Shown piece by piece: positions 27,837 through 40,860 of a stretch of 64,000 nt of DNA (within the stretch, counting starts at the first letter, position 1; every line of letters begins with the position of its first letter). The stretch lies in NCBI GenBank assembly GCA_965112155.1, contig OZ218101.1; one strand, written 5' to 3'. The notes below the pieces were generated by a model. The model was not told where the DNA came from. It made no database searches and saw only the letters and a program-made list of their open reading frames with translations. The translations under genes were made by a program, and so were the position numbers. Source of the stretch: Podarcis liolepis (taxonomy: Eukaryota).

Positions 27837-30800
27837 TAATCAAAATCCAGCATTTCTATATACTTCTGGCTTGGAACCTCTAGTCAAGGATCCTCAGACA
27901 CCCAGGGCCTCTACCCACACTAAGCTGTTTCCAGCTTCAAGCATTCAACAAGCTCTGGCTAGTAACAATTCAATCTGTCACACTGTGGCAACTTCTAGAA
28001 AAATTAAGCCTACCCAGATGCTTAGAAAGTTGATGCCATTTTAATCTGTTTTAGTAATTTTTGGATGTTTTACAGTAGGGTTGTGATTTTTCCTTGACCT
28101 TGCCGTTGTTTCTTTTGTAAAACGTTTTGAAGTGGGGAGGGGGTTACAGTCAAGAGGTATCTAAATTTTATGAAATAAACACACACACACACAACTTCAA
28201 AAAGGAAAAAGCAGTGTAAACCCAAAATGGCAGTATCAGCAAAGTACTGTCTCAGAATAGAATAGTCTTTTCTTCTCAATGCAGAAACCAATAGCAGTTC
28301 ATCTTTCTACTCTCTTGCTTGCTACCTTCAGTACTCCTTTAGGAATTGAAGTGTGGCACTTGCAGTCTACTCCTGTTCACTGATCTAGCAAGCCGGACAT
28401 GCCTTCTATGTGAATAATCCATTTCATTCTTCCGCTGCCCCAGTTCTCCATTTCTCTACCTTCCCCACCCATCAGCACTTTGTATTCTGTGACACTGAAC
28501 GTAGTTCGCTTTCACTAGGCGGTTTGGTGGTAATTGCCCCCCCCCCCATATTTTGTTTTTATACTGTAAACCTTGGAGTATATCAAGAGCCCCCCGAGCC
28601 CCATTGTTCTGCTTTGGCTAAACAGCATGTGAGTTTGCTACACAATGACAACAGGTGTGGGATCACTTATCCCAACTTTACAAATTTGGAAAATTAGGGT
28701 GAGAGAAAATTTGACATCATAGTTTAAATTAATCCAGCACTTTAAGCAACGTAAGAACTTAGTTCACAGAAAGGAGGAGGAAGACCAACATGGCACACAG
28801 AAAAAGTAGCTACGAGGGAAATAAGCTTAAGGATGGAGCAGCATGGAATAGGAACACCATAAAATAGTAAAGAGAAACTGGTGAGAACCAAGATAAAAGC
28901 TTAACTATAAAGAATGAAGATGTTAAAAGTCATTAAGTAAAAGATATATGCTACAGATAGCACCAGGCTTTCCACCAACATACAGTGTTATCAACTAATT
29001 AGAAAACACAAGTAAGTAGAATTTCTGAAGCACAATAACTGGTTTTTTTAGTTGAACATTTTAAAATATGCCTACGGAAAAAATAAAATAAAAAGGTACA
29101 TGGTACAGAAATGTTGCACCTACACAAAATATAAAATACACTATGTTTTGTAACCAGCTGCTTTAGCTTGGTGAGAAGTCTAACATCTTATACTCTGAAA
29201 GTAATCACAGAGGTTGAGTTGCCAGTTTACTTACACAACTTGAAGCAACACAGAATATTAAAATCAGCATATAGTGTAACATGAAAGGCTGTCACTTTGA
29301 TATGGGATTACAGATCACAGGAAATAGGTCACATGAATCTTCTAGACAATTACATTTCTAAGGACTAAAAAATGCTATGGAAAAATAATTCCCCCCAAGT
29401 TAAACCAATGCTTCATTTTTAATAAGTATAAATAAACCAAAGGGCTAACCTTTGGTTAGTTATATGGAAAACATGGGGCTAAGCCTTGAGCCAAAAGCAG
29501 CTTGGATGTATCTGATCTGTTAAATGAATTTTTGTAGACGTACATTTGAGGAAAATTAATTTTTTACTCTGAGTTTAACTAGAGCTTCTGCATTTACTAC
29601 AAAACCCCAAATAGTCTAAATCTAATATGATTAAAGTATAATTTAATTTTCTAGTACTTGAAAAAGTCTGAATAGCTTAGACAAATACTGTCTGACTTTC
29701 CTAGTTAAAAAATTAAGATGTGATTTCTTGTATCAAAGCCTGAGTCCCTCAATGAGCTTTGATTTGTCTGTGATACTAATGGTCCTGGACCATTAAGATA
29801 AAAACAAATTTCTAATATTATGAGCACACCCTGGATTGTTTCAGTCAAAGACCAATTATGCACTGCCCATCACACTTTAGTGCAGTTACTTTCTTGTTTG
29901 ATCACAACATATTTGCCATTCGATCCAAGCCAAACAATTGTTTGCCTTGCCCTTCAAAGCAGGATTGTTTCCAGCTCTGTAGTCCAGAAAAAGCAAAGTC
30001 TGCCTAAGTTTTTTATTGAACTGGGTGGAATTCAACTTTACTGTCTTCCAATGCAAACTGTATTAAATCCCACCCAAAGTGAGCATACAACTAAGGCATC
30101 CAGATCCTAATGATTTCGACAGAACCCAGCTAATTAGAATGCTACTTAGGTGGCATGGCTGCTGAATCAGTTGAAACAACATATTCCCAGGAATGAAAAC
30201 TTGTGGTATTTACATATGCTGTGGACCATCATTTCCAGTCAAGTAAATTAAGGACTATGTGAGTCATATTTGTGGCACATCCAATTATTTTACAGATTAG
30301 TTCCACCTACTCTGTTCAGGGCTTTTGCCATTTTAATCTTCACACTTAATACTTTCACACTTCATTCCTTGTAGTGAAAACTTGGTATGATTCAAACTAT
30401 ACACTGCGGATTTACTTCTGCTCATACTTCAGAGGTCAGGAACTTGTTAGTAATCTGACCTTTCTTGTTTGAATGTGTATCACTAGAATATGGTTGGACT
30501 GTTAAATCTCTGGGTGATGCTCTACCAAATTTTGCTCAGAGTGCACCTAACATCAGGTTCATTAATTTAAATGAGTATGCGCAGAGTAATGGTTAGTTGA
30601 ATACTACCCTCAGTCTTCAGAATATTTTACTGGAGATGTGGAAGTTGAAGAAGCAAAGTTAGTTTGTACCTACATACCAACTATCTATTAACTTCTGATA
30701 CATTACAATATATATTGCAGGGCCTCTCTGCCTTTCCTACCCTGCTGGGAAGCACAGTTTCCACGTCATTTTTGATAAGCAGTCACAAAGCTCTCTGAAT

Positions 30801-31134
30801 GAAGAAGCAGTCTCTGGCAGATTATACACACAAAGACAGCCTGATTTCTAAGAACTGCCTAATGAATTGTAGCCATAAATCTTATAGCTTGTGGAGAACA
30901 TTATGTCTTGGAAAATCTAGTTCCAATACTTGGTGACTGCATAGGTTAACACAGACAGAAAGGAAAAATTTTAGATGCAATTTATGAACACCAGCAAAAA
31001 TGAATATAGCTAGACGGGTTCAACTACAATCTTAGGGTGGGTTCTGAAATCCAAGATTTGCTCCAAATGTGCAAAAATGTCACAGACTGCTAAGAGTCGT
31101 AAGTAAGTTTTTGCACCAATTTAAGCCTTGTTTA

Positions 31135-31485
31135 TATGGGATTATATGTGGGTTAAACCACAGAGCCTAGGACTTGCCGATCAGAAGGTCGGCGGTTCGA
31201 ATCCCCACAACGGGGTGAGCTCCCATTGCTCTGTCCCTGCTCCTGCCAACCTAGCAGTTCGAAAGCACCTCAAAGTGCAAGTAGATAAATAGGTACCACT
31301 CCGGCGGGAAGGTAAACGGTGTTTCTGTGCGCTGCTCTGGTTTGCCAGAAGCGGCTTAATCATGCTGGCCACATGACCCGGAAGCTGTACACTGGCTCCC
31401 TCGGCCAATAAAGCGAGATGAGTACCACAACCCCAGAGTCGGTCACGACTGGATCTAATGGTCAGGGGGTCCCTTTACCTTTACC
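31135..31485 (+). mobile_element. Sauria SINE with 13-bp target-site duplication
   Basis: Closely similar to the 9744 copy; TSD taagccttgttta at 31122-31134 and 31486-31498. Confidence 0.92.
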
Positions 31486-32719
31486 TAAGCCTTGTTTACT
31501 ATTCAAAGTTTAGAGACTGCAAATCCATGCTTGGTGTGTTACTGTGCTCTATTCTAATTTTAGAGTCTCATCTGATGATTATTTTGCAATAGGCAATGCA
31601 GCCCATTTCTTGTATCTAATTTCATCACATGGATGACATTGGTCATACAAAATGGCCAGGTATATATAAAATGAGCAAGAAGTTCCAAGCTCCAAATGCT
31701 GTTTTATGGATTTGGGACTCAGCAACAATTCTCTAAATCCCTTCTTTCAGTAACCTTTTCTTGCTCCTATGGTTGCTTTGCAGCACTTCTAAACTTCAAA
31801 TGAGCAGAGGCCACCAGTACATTTCATAACAGCCCAATAGAGGTAGCTGCTAGTCTAGACCATCCTCAAAACAACTGACCTTCTAGGCTCTAATAAATTT
31901 ACCCATCTCTTGAGACATCCACTTCTGTTTTCCACATACCGGCAAATATTTACAATGGAAAACTTTGGTTTCTGATTAATAATTTCATGCATATTAACTT
32001 CAATAGAAACAATTATCCACTTTTGGTACTGTTTGAGCAATGGCTGTGCATATACAAATAAATGCAGCCTTGAATTTGAAACAAATAAGAAATCCTTCCT
32101 CACAAGCTGATAGGGCGTTGAACACAAAGAGGTTAATCCAGTCAACGGTAGGCTCAGAAATCAGACGGAGGAATGAAACAAGCTCTTATGTTCTCCAGGG
32201 ATTCACACATAGGCACCATGGCCACAGTGGGCTGGATCAAACATACACCATCCAACTGTTTACTCCAACACCCAAGTTTGCTTGAATATTTTAGTCCACC
32301 AAGGATTAATATTATGTAGGGACAACACTGTAACCTGTTTATACTGGCACTGCCTGAAACATCTATTGGGCAAAGGAATGAAAGAATGCGGTAACAATGA
32401 AGTACCTTTCTATCCAATGAAAGGGCCTGGCGTCCAGAAAAACAAAGAAGCCCTCACCGCCACCCCAAAATATGATCTTATTAGGCTTCCGCAAGGTAAG
32501 TTGATGCTCATTAGCTTAGGAAAATATACAAATTTGTGGGGGAGGGTCTTCTGTGGCGCTTAGGCAAAACAGTACCATCATGTTCAGAGGCACTCAATTT
32601 CAGACTGCCAGATGCTAAGGGCAAACATCATAGATGGCTATCTCTACCATTCTGGTTGTGAATCTTTAAGAGCTATCTGGCTAGCAATTACCATATATAG
32701 CAACAGTGATAAACTGTAT

Positions 32720-32856
32720 CAGGAATGGGAAGCTGTGGTCCTCCAGGTGTTCTGAACTACAACACCTATTATCCTTTATCACTGACCATGTTGGCTAGGG
32801 CTGATAAGAATTAAGAGTTTAATAACATCTGGAGGGCCACAGGTTCTCCATCCCTG
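32720..32856. mobile_element. Palindromic hAT-like MITE copy
   Basis: caggaatggg...ccatccctg ends; degenerate 8-bp flanks aactgtat/aactagac. Confidence 0.65.
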
Positions 32857-33171
32857 AACTAGACAGCTCTCTGGTCTGACCCACTAAGGCAATTCTTAGA
32901 CTCTTAAAAAGCTTGCACAGAAAATTAGACTTGTTAAATATTTCCCCCATAAAATCCGAGAATTTCAAATATGCAGTCATGCTTAATTTTGCTCTTAATG
33001 TGCTCTGTTTGCTAAAGAGGCAATGTAAAAGCACCTATGAGAAGAGGCCGTTTTCTTTTCCAGGTAACAGAAATACACATTATTCATTAGACATTTATAG
33101 TGCCAAATTACAAATTAAAACAAATCATTAGTGCCTTGGTACCTGATATCCTCTATGAAACACCACCACTA

Positions 33172-33384
<213 letters not shown>

Positions 33385-34952
33385 TTAATAATGACTGGTA
33401 CAAATATTTTGATGCAATGCTTCAGCAAATAAAATCCTCCTGGGTTCAATAACCAGTATGGCATTTCTTGGGATTTGAACAAAATCATGTATAATTCTCC
33501 ACAGAATTAACCACCCCCCGTTTAGTTAAGCACTGTGTTCATGTTTAGTGCTTTAGCTTCATATTACTATTATCTTCTCATCTTAATTTTATCTATCTTG
33601 TATTATACTCTCCTCACACTCACAAACCCCTTTTGCCATCTTTTGATTATTTAATAGGGTGTTTTATTATTTTTAATAAGATTTGAATAATGCTTTTTCA
33701 TAATGCAATAAGCAAAGAAACTAAACAAAAACAAAAACAGAGACCATATCTTGAAGACTTCATTCTAAAATTGTATTTCTCTATTCACACTATAAAGATG
33801 TGACTACTGTATAACCAAGTTAAAAAATGAAAAACTATTCATACGGTAAAGGTCAAATATATACCTGAAACATGATTTGTTCAGGAGCTTCACAAGCAGA
33901 CCTGCACACATTTATAATGCTATGAATCTATGTATTTCCACCTTATCAACTGTACAGCCATTTTTTACTCATAAACTAAAGCTTCCAGCAAAATTTAAGC
34001 CTAAAAGAAAAACACTTTTAAACAATTTTTTAGTCCATCTCTTTATAATTTCATCCATCTTGACAATCTGACCCAAGCTTACTGATAGCAATAACAATAA
34101 TAAAGTCTTTAAAGTTCATTCGTCAGGGATCAGAGTTCCTTTAACTTCTTTGGATACTGCACACATATTAAGGGTCCAACATTTCTCATCTGATCCTTGA
34201 AACTAAGGTTCAAGTTAAAATCTAAGAATTATATTTTATAAGACCGACTACTGTAAAAATAGAGAAAGAGAAGTAAGACTTTATAAAGAACCATTATGAA
34301 AGCGATTAACATTTTTCTCGGGGCCTTTGTGAGGAAGAACAAATACAAACCATGCAGGAGATAAAAAATAAGTGTTCTTCTCATGTTTGCATCCATACAT
34401 TATGCTGGAATTGCCAAGTACCATGCAAATATGAACAGACAGGTGTCTAAATTGTGGGATATACAACCAACATGCTTAAATCTAATTAATGCATGAAGGC
34501 CTGCCAGGCTTAGCTAGGTCATACTCCCTCAACCTTGGAAGAAAGGGCTACCAAACTCTGTTCTCTTTTTCCTTTCCACCATGCGAACACAACCATTAAG
34601 AATGCTTACGCTGGATGCTCCAGGCTTGGACTGTGTGGCTTTAGCAAGCCATCTTTGTGTATCAATAAAAATAATTTAGAAACCCATACCATTTGGAAAG
34701 TAAGTTGTGCTGCCTGTTTTTTATTGCTGCTGCATGGAAAAGAACATGAATCTGACCTTTAAGGAGTTTGTAAGTAAACCATTTTTAACTTACTATATGT
34801 GTGGTTTATTTCTATGCTAAGGGAAGTGGAGAACTTTGGAAGAAGCTTAAAAGGGGTTATTTTAAAGGTCTAACAGCCTATATTTCCACAGTTTACTTTG
34901 CTGCATGTTTTGTGATTTTAAACATCTACTGGGGCTCTCTCACCAAAGAGTA

Positions 34953-35176
34953 CCGTATTTTTCCATGTATAAGACGCCCCCATGTTTAAGACCAGGGGTC
35001 AGCAAACTTTTTCAGCAGAGGGCCGGCCCACTATCCCTCAGACCTTGTGGGGGGTCAGACTATATTTTAACCCAGAGATGCATTTTAAATAAAAGGACAC
35101 ATTCTACCCATGTAAAAATGCCAGGCAGGCCCCACAAATAACGCAGAGATACATTTGTACACGGAAAAATCCAGGG
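34953..35176. mobile_element. Composite of family D-like MITE ends and a hAT-like fragment
   Basis: ta|ccgtatttttccatgtataagacg, then caggggtcagcaaac (hAT-like terminus), then a remnant right TIR tacacggaaaaat. Confidence 0.6.
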
Positions 35177-35931
35177 AATTCTCCTTTTATTCTTTAACAA
35201 ATCACTACTAAAAACCCAACATAAATGAGGCTCCTCAAAATAAGGTTCAGCAACTGGGTCAATTAATTCCTTTGAAGGATGGTATTAGAGCTGCTCAGGA
35301 CTTGCTTAAGAACCACTTTCAGGGAAGGCAGAATATTGGCCCAACCACATACATTCCCTTCTCCAAATCATCCCTCTGGCCAAACTAGTTGCTGACCCAG
35401 GCTCAAAGAACAACATCATGCAATTTTTGTGCTCATTAATGCTTGGTACCAACTTCTTTTCTTTTAGGCACAAGCAAAAACTTCACCAGGCACTGAAAAG
35501 TATTTATTGGGTCCTATTATTTTTTAAAAAGCAACAACAACAATGCCAACGGTTAATTGTGCTGTTATATGCTGATTGTTTTGTTTGCATTTATTGATGT
35601 TTATTTAAAAGATTTTAAGGCAGTGTGATTCTTCATGTTCATAGTCCGTGACATTTAACTCATGCAGAATGCTTAAATATACAGTGGAAAAGAGCAGAGC
35701 TTCCCACACAGAAAACTGCCATGTTTGAAGCAATGTGTGAAGTTGCCCCAAATCAAGGACAAATGTGTATTTCAAAGAATGAAAATGAAAGGAACACTGT
35801 GTACTATGGAGCGGTTTACACATCACTTGGGTCTTTTTCTTTCCTTGTAGTATGCTTCAGAGATGAGCAATCTGCTGCAGGACCAATTTATTGGTTTCCA
35901 AACAATAGTAACCATAGCCCATTACCTGCTA

Positions 35932-36081
<150 letters not shown>

Positions 36082-36615
36082 TTAGGAAGGTGTTCACACA
36101 CAAGCCAGAAAATAGAATCGACAATTCTTTTTATAATTTTAAGTTCTTTAAATATGCTGGTTTTTCAGAATTAATCTTTGATGCTCTTAATCCACAACAA
36201 AGAATGAATGAACAAAAGAAAAGAAAAAAGAATATGGGCTTCATTTTAATTAAAGAGGTATAAAGAGTTTATGTCTATAAAGACATAAACCAGACTACAA
36301 CTAGGTCAAATGTACCTCCCTCAGGATGCAATGATGCTACTGAAATTATGCTTATACAAATCATGGCATTATGCACTAATCAACTGCATTTTCCATATAG
36401 CATCACACAAAGCTCTTGTATAACAAATCAGACAATTGTACACACTCACTGGCAGAAACTCTCCGGGGTTTCAGACAGGGGTCTTTCCCAATCCTACCTG
36501 GAGATGCAGTGAATTGAATTGTATTTTAATATAAAGCTTTTAGATGCAATATGTACTGTATCTTCCATATATGAAAATGTGTTTCAAGTGGCCATAACTG
36601 AAATTATATTCACTA

Positions 36616-36768
<153 letters not shown>

Positions 36769-37340
36769 TCAAAAGTAGCCTTATGAGCACTATTTAGAAT
36801 CAAACACACAATTAAGTGTTTGGAATGGGAACAGAAGCCAAGGAATTATAGAAAAATATTTAGAGTTGGATTTTAAACTGAATACATGAGAGTCCAATCC
36901 GACCACAAAACCTCCCACCCCAGAAAGAAATATTTGCCCTGAAAACACTTATGCTGAATCATTCATAATTTTCTAACAAATAAAAGCGGAAAAAAGCAGT
37001 GCATAGACATGACTTTTGTGGTCGTCTCTGCTTTCATTAGCAATGCAGTCTCTCATTTTCTAAGTGCTTTGACTTCATAGTTCTCTGGAGTAGCATTTAA
37101 ATTGGGTTTCATAACAGAACACTCACCACACAGGTCATTCCAGGAATTTGGCTTTTGCAATGTTAAGATATTTTACAGCTTTCACAAAGTCAAAGTTTGA
37201 TAAGGGAACTAACCCAGGTAAGAATGGGATAAATTTGTCTAACTGGGGTCCAGGGAACAGACGCTGCTGCATTGCTGAGACAGGGTGGGTGTGGGATCAA
37301 ATGCTGAATTTATTCCCAGTCACTCAGACATAAACACATA

Positions 37341-37664
37341 CCGTATTTTTCGCCCTATAGGACACACTTTTCCCCCTCCAAAAATGAAGGGGAAATGTGT
37401 GCGCGTCCTATGGGGCGAATGCAGGCTTCAGGAAGCTATCCCCCTAGCCCGGCAAGCTCTGAGAGCGATGGCGAGGTTGCGCAACCTCGCCTTCGCTCCC
37501 GGACCCCCCGACCCCAGGCTAAAAACGAAGCCAGGGCAGCGAACGGGATCCATCCCGCTCACTGTCATGGCTTCTTTGCTCTTTGGGGCTTGGGGGGAAT
37601 AAATTTCCCCCCCTTTATTTCCCTCCCAAAAAATAAGTGCGAAAAATAAGGGCGAAAAATACAA
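37341..37664. mobile_element. MITE related to family D
   Basis: ta|ccgtatttttcgccctatagg left end; right end agggcgaaaaatacaa|ta; CpG-rich interior. Confidence 0.75.
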
Positions 37665-40059
37665 TACTTGAAATTGCCTCAGAAGTAAACAAACTGGTTC
37701 TGCAAAATTTAGTTGCATCTTTGCTCACATTTTATGGCATATGCTTAAACTTTACCCCAATATGGCCTAGATCCAGAAATCTAATGAGTGCGACTCACAA
37801 GTCACTTTGTTGGGGGCAGGAAGTTATTTGCTCATTTTCTCTTCTTCTGTTAGCCCCCAAAGGTTGGGGGACCCTTTAGGACAGTGTGGAAGGTGACACG
37901 GGGCGCTACAGGGAAAATCAGAAATACTATCACCAGAAACAGCCCCCACTGGATCAGAAATACCTGCACAAATAGAAGGACACCTTACACTTGCAGAAAA
38001 GCAAGTCTGGATCTGACCCAATGTCTTTACACAGTGCATTTCAGCAGGTTTCCAAGGAAGCTAAAGATAAAAATATTCAAGTTGCATTTGTTCCTATGGG
38101 AGGCAGTTAAGCATATGCTATGCAATGAAGAATTTATAAGGATATTTTACGGGGAGCTACAAAATGCTTGTTTAACATGACAGCAGAGAACATAGGTAAT
38201 TCTGAATGCAGAAGCCATGTGAAGAATAATGGGCAGCAACATATGAACATTTCCTTCACGCTTCATTTTGAACCTGATGTTTTTGTAGCAGTTGGACATG
38301 ATTTTCAAGAAGCAGTGAAGTACTGGGAGGACAAATATAATAGTCAATGGCAGTATATGGTTAAGTGTCTGGCATGAGGAGAAACATGCTAACTTTTAAG
38401 GCGCACTGTCGCCTTTTGTAGGGACTCTGAGTAGACTAAGCAAAGTAGGTGCTTCTACACTGTTGACTAAGTAACAGCTTGCACTCATAGTCATTTTTAG
38501 ACTTTAGCTAGCAAAAGTATTATTATTCATTAAATGTGTATGCTGCCCTTCATCCGCAGATCTCAGGGTGGTTCACAATAGTAGGAGGCTGCGCAAACAG
38601 TTTGTTGGGTTATTGGGATCACTTCCAACCCCAAAGACTGTCAACTCATTTTCCTTCCCCTAACACAGAATCCACAATTCCGAGGATTCTAAACTGGTTG
38701 CTAGATTGCAGGCTTCGTATCAAATTTCACACAAAGAACTTTAGAAGATTAGCAGCTCAAAATCTGGACAACTATAAGGAAAGAATACTTAATGCCACTG
38801 GAAGACATTCAGGTTTTTAATTCTGTTGGAACATTAAACCTGGTATGGTCAACCTTAATTCCTGGAACCAAGACAGCTACAAATGAATTAAAAGAAGCTC
38901 AGGGTGTTGTATGTGGTTTCCCCATCTTAGCCTCACAGCAGCCCTGTAACTAAGCTCAAGAGACAAAGCAACGGTTAGAAGCATAGTAAACTTTATGACT
39001 CCCACACGGTAACCACTACATCATAATGGCTCTTGCCTTTGGCAGGATATTACCAATATGTTCTAATACACTGTTAATTAGAAAGTTGCATCAGCCTTGA
39101 TTAAGGAAACATGCACTTTGCAATCTAATACTTAAAACCATTATCTATCTCACGAAGAGGCAATAATTCAAGATGATACTGCATCACAGGATGTGGTCAC
39201 ATAGCTTGTTACCTTTCCCACCTGCCTTCATACTAACTTTCTGGTATAAATGTAACTCCCTCCACGTTGCCTGTTACACAAAGCAAGCACCTGTGGTTTT
39301 AAAGCTGCCTTATTGAGAAATGAGATCAGAAATAGGGCCGTCTCTCATTTTTCTGACAGAACAGAAAAGCCACAGAAGTGTCACATTAAGTTTCTTTACT
39401 CAGTTTGCCATAAGGCACTACAGTACCTGAAATCACACTTGAAATTTCAGATTTTGAACAACAACAACAAAACAACAAAAAATAAGGTCCCAGAGCACAG
39501 CCTGAAAGCACAGGAGAACTCTAGTGTTGCTGAAGTTAAGGAGGTGTCTGTCTGATCAGTACCTCAAGAGATTGATGCCTCATGTATGCCATCTTGAGTT
39601 CCAGGTTGGAAGAAATGAGATATATAAATGTATATTTATTAATATTAATAATTATAATTTCCTGGGTGGGATTCTGAATTTTAAATTTAATTTTAAAGAG
39701 CATATGATGGGGTATGATGGGAAAAGCATATACAACACCCTGAGCTTCTTGGAAGAAGTGAAAGATTTAAATGTACACGATCAATAAAACCCCTGGTGTT
39801 GATTTTCTGGTCTTTGCTTAATTAATCTAGGTCTGTTGTAGCTGCTCTTAAATAATATAAGCTAGGACTTGTGATTCTTCATTCTTCCCCCGAATGGATG
39901 GTGAGAAACAGAATATTGGCCTTCTAAAACTGCCTTCTTTCTTTCTTTTAATTCGCTTGTAGATGTCTTGGTTCCTATCTTCACTGGAAGTCCATGAGTT
40001 CTAGCACTATGAGTCAAACTTTTCTTTGACTACTTTCTCCAAGATATGCAGAATTTGAT

Positions 40060-40860
40060 AAACTTACATCATGTCACCTCTTACTCGCCTTTACTCCCGA
40101 CTAAAATTGTACATAGTTCTGATCATCTCACCTCAAAAAGGATATTGTAGAGTTGGGAAAGGTTTCTTCTATGATGAAAGGTTGCAGCATCTAGCCATCC
40201 ACTACAACCACAAGGTTTCATCCTAGTCAGTCATCACCAGTTCAGACCACATAAGTGTATGTGTGAAATAAAGCTTTTGCCCCAAGATGTATTATTTTAT
40301 ACTTGTTTACATTGAATCGCATTTGCCATTTTACTGCCGATTCACTCAATTATGAGAGAACCTGTTGAAGCTTTTCACAACTGCTTTTTGCTTAAACCAT
40401 TTTGAACAACTGGGTATCATTGGCAAATTTTGCTATGTTACTGTTCACACCAAGGCTAAATCATTTATGAACAAGTTAAAAAACAATGGTCCCAATACTA
40501 AAGCCTAGGGGACTCTACGTTCTACATCCCGTCCATTTACAGTGGTACCTTGGGTTAAGGACTTAATTTGTTCCGGAGGTCCGTTCTTAATCTGAAACTG
40601 TTCTTAACCTGAAGCACCACATTAGCTAATGGGGCCTCCTGATGCTGCCGGAGCACGATTTCTGTTCTCATCCTGAAGCAAAGTTCGTAACCCGAGGTAC
40701 TATTTCTGGGTTAGCGGAGTCTGTAACCTGAAGCGTATGTAACCCGAGGTACCACTGTATTTCTACTCTTTGTTTCCTATTTCTTACCTAGTCCCAAATC
40801 CATAAGTGGACATCCTCTTACTCCATGACTTACTTAGGAGTCTTTGAGAAGGAAGAAAAA
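40060..40860 (-). mobile_element. Degraded CR1 LINE fragment with an internal oppositely oriented piece (~40125-40190) and a MITE insertion
   Basis: Antisense RT-like segment (tcatttatgaacaagtt...ggtcccaatac; tcattggcaaattttgct) and sense ctcaaaaaggatattgtagagttgg. Confidence 0.6.
40540..40757. mobile_element. Tc1/mariner-type MITE family A
   Basis: TA TSD and same TIRs; reverse orientation relative to the 9732 copy; inserted in a CR1 remnant. Confidence 0.88.
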
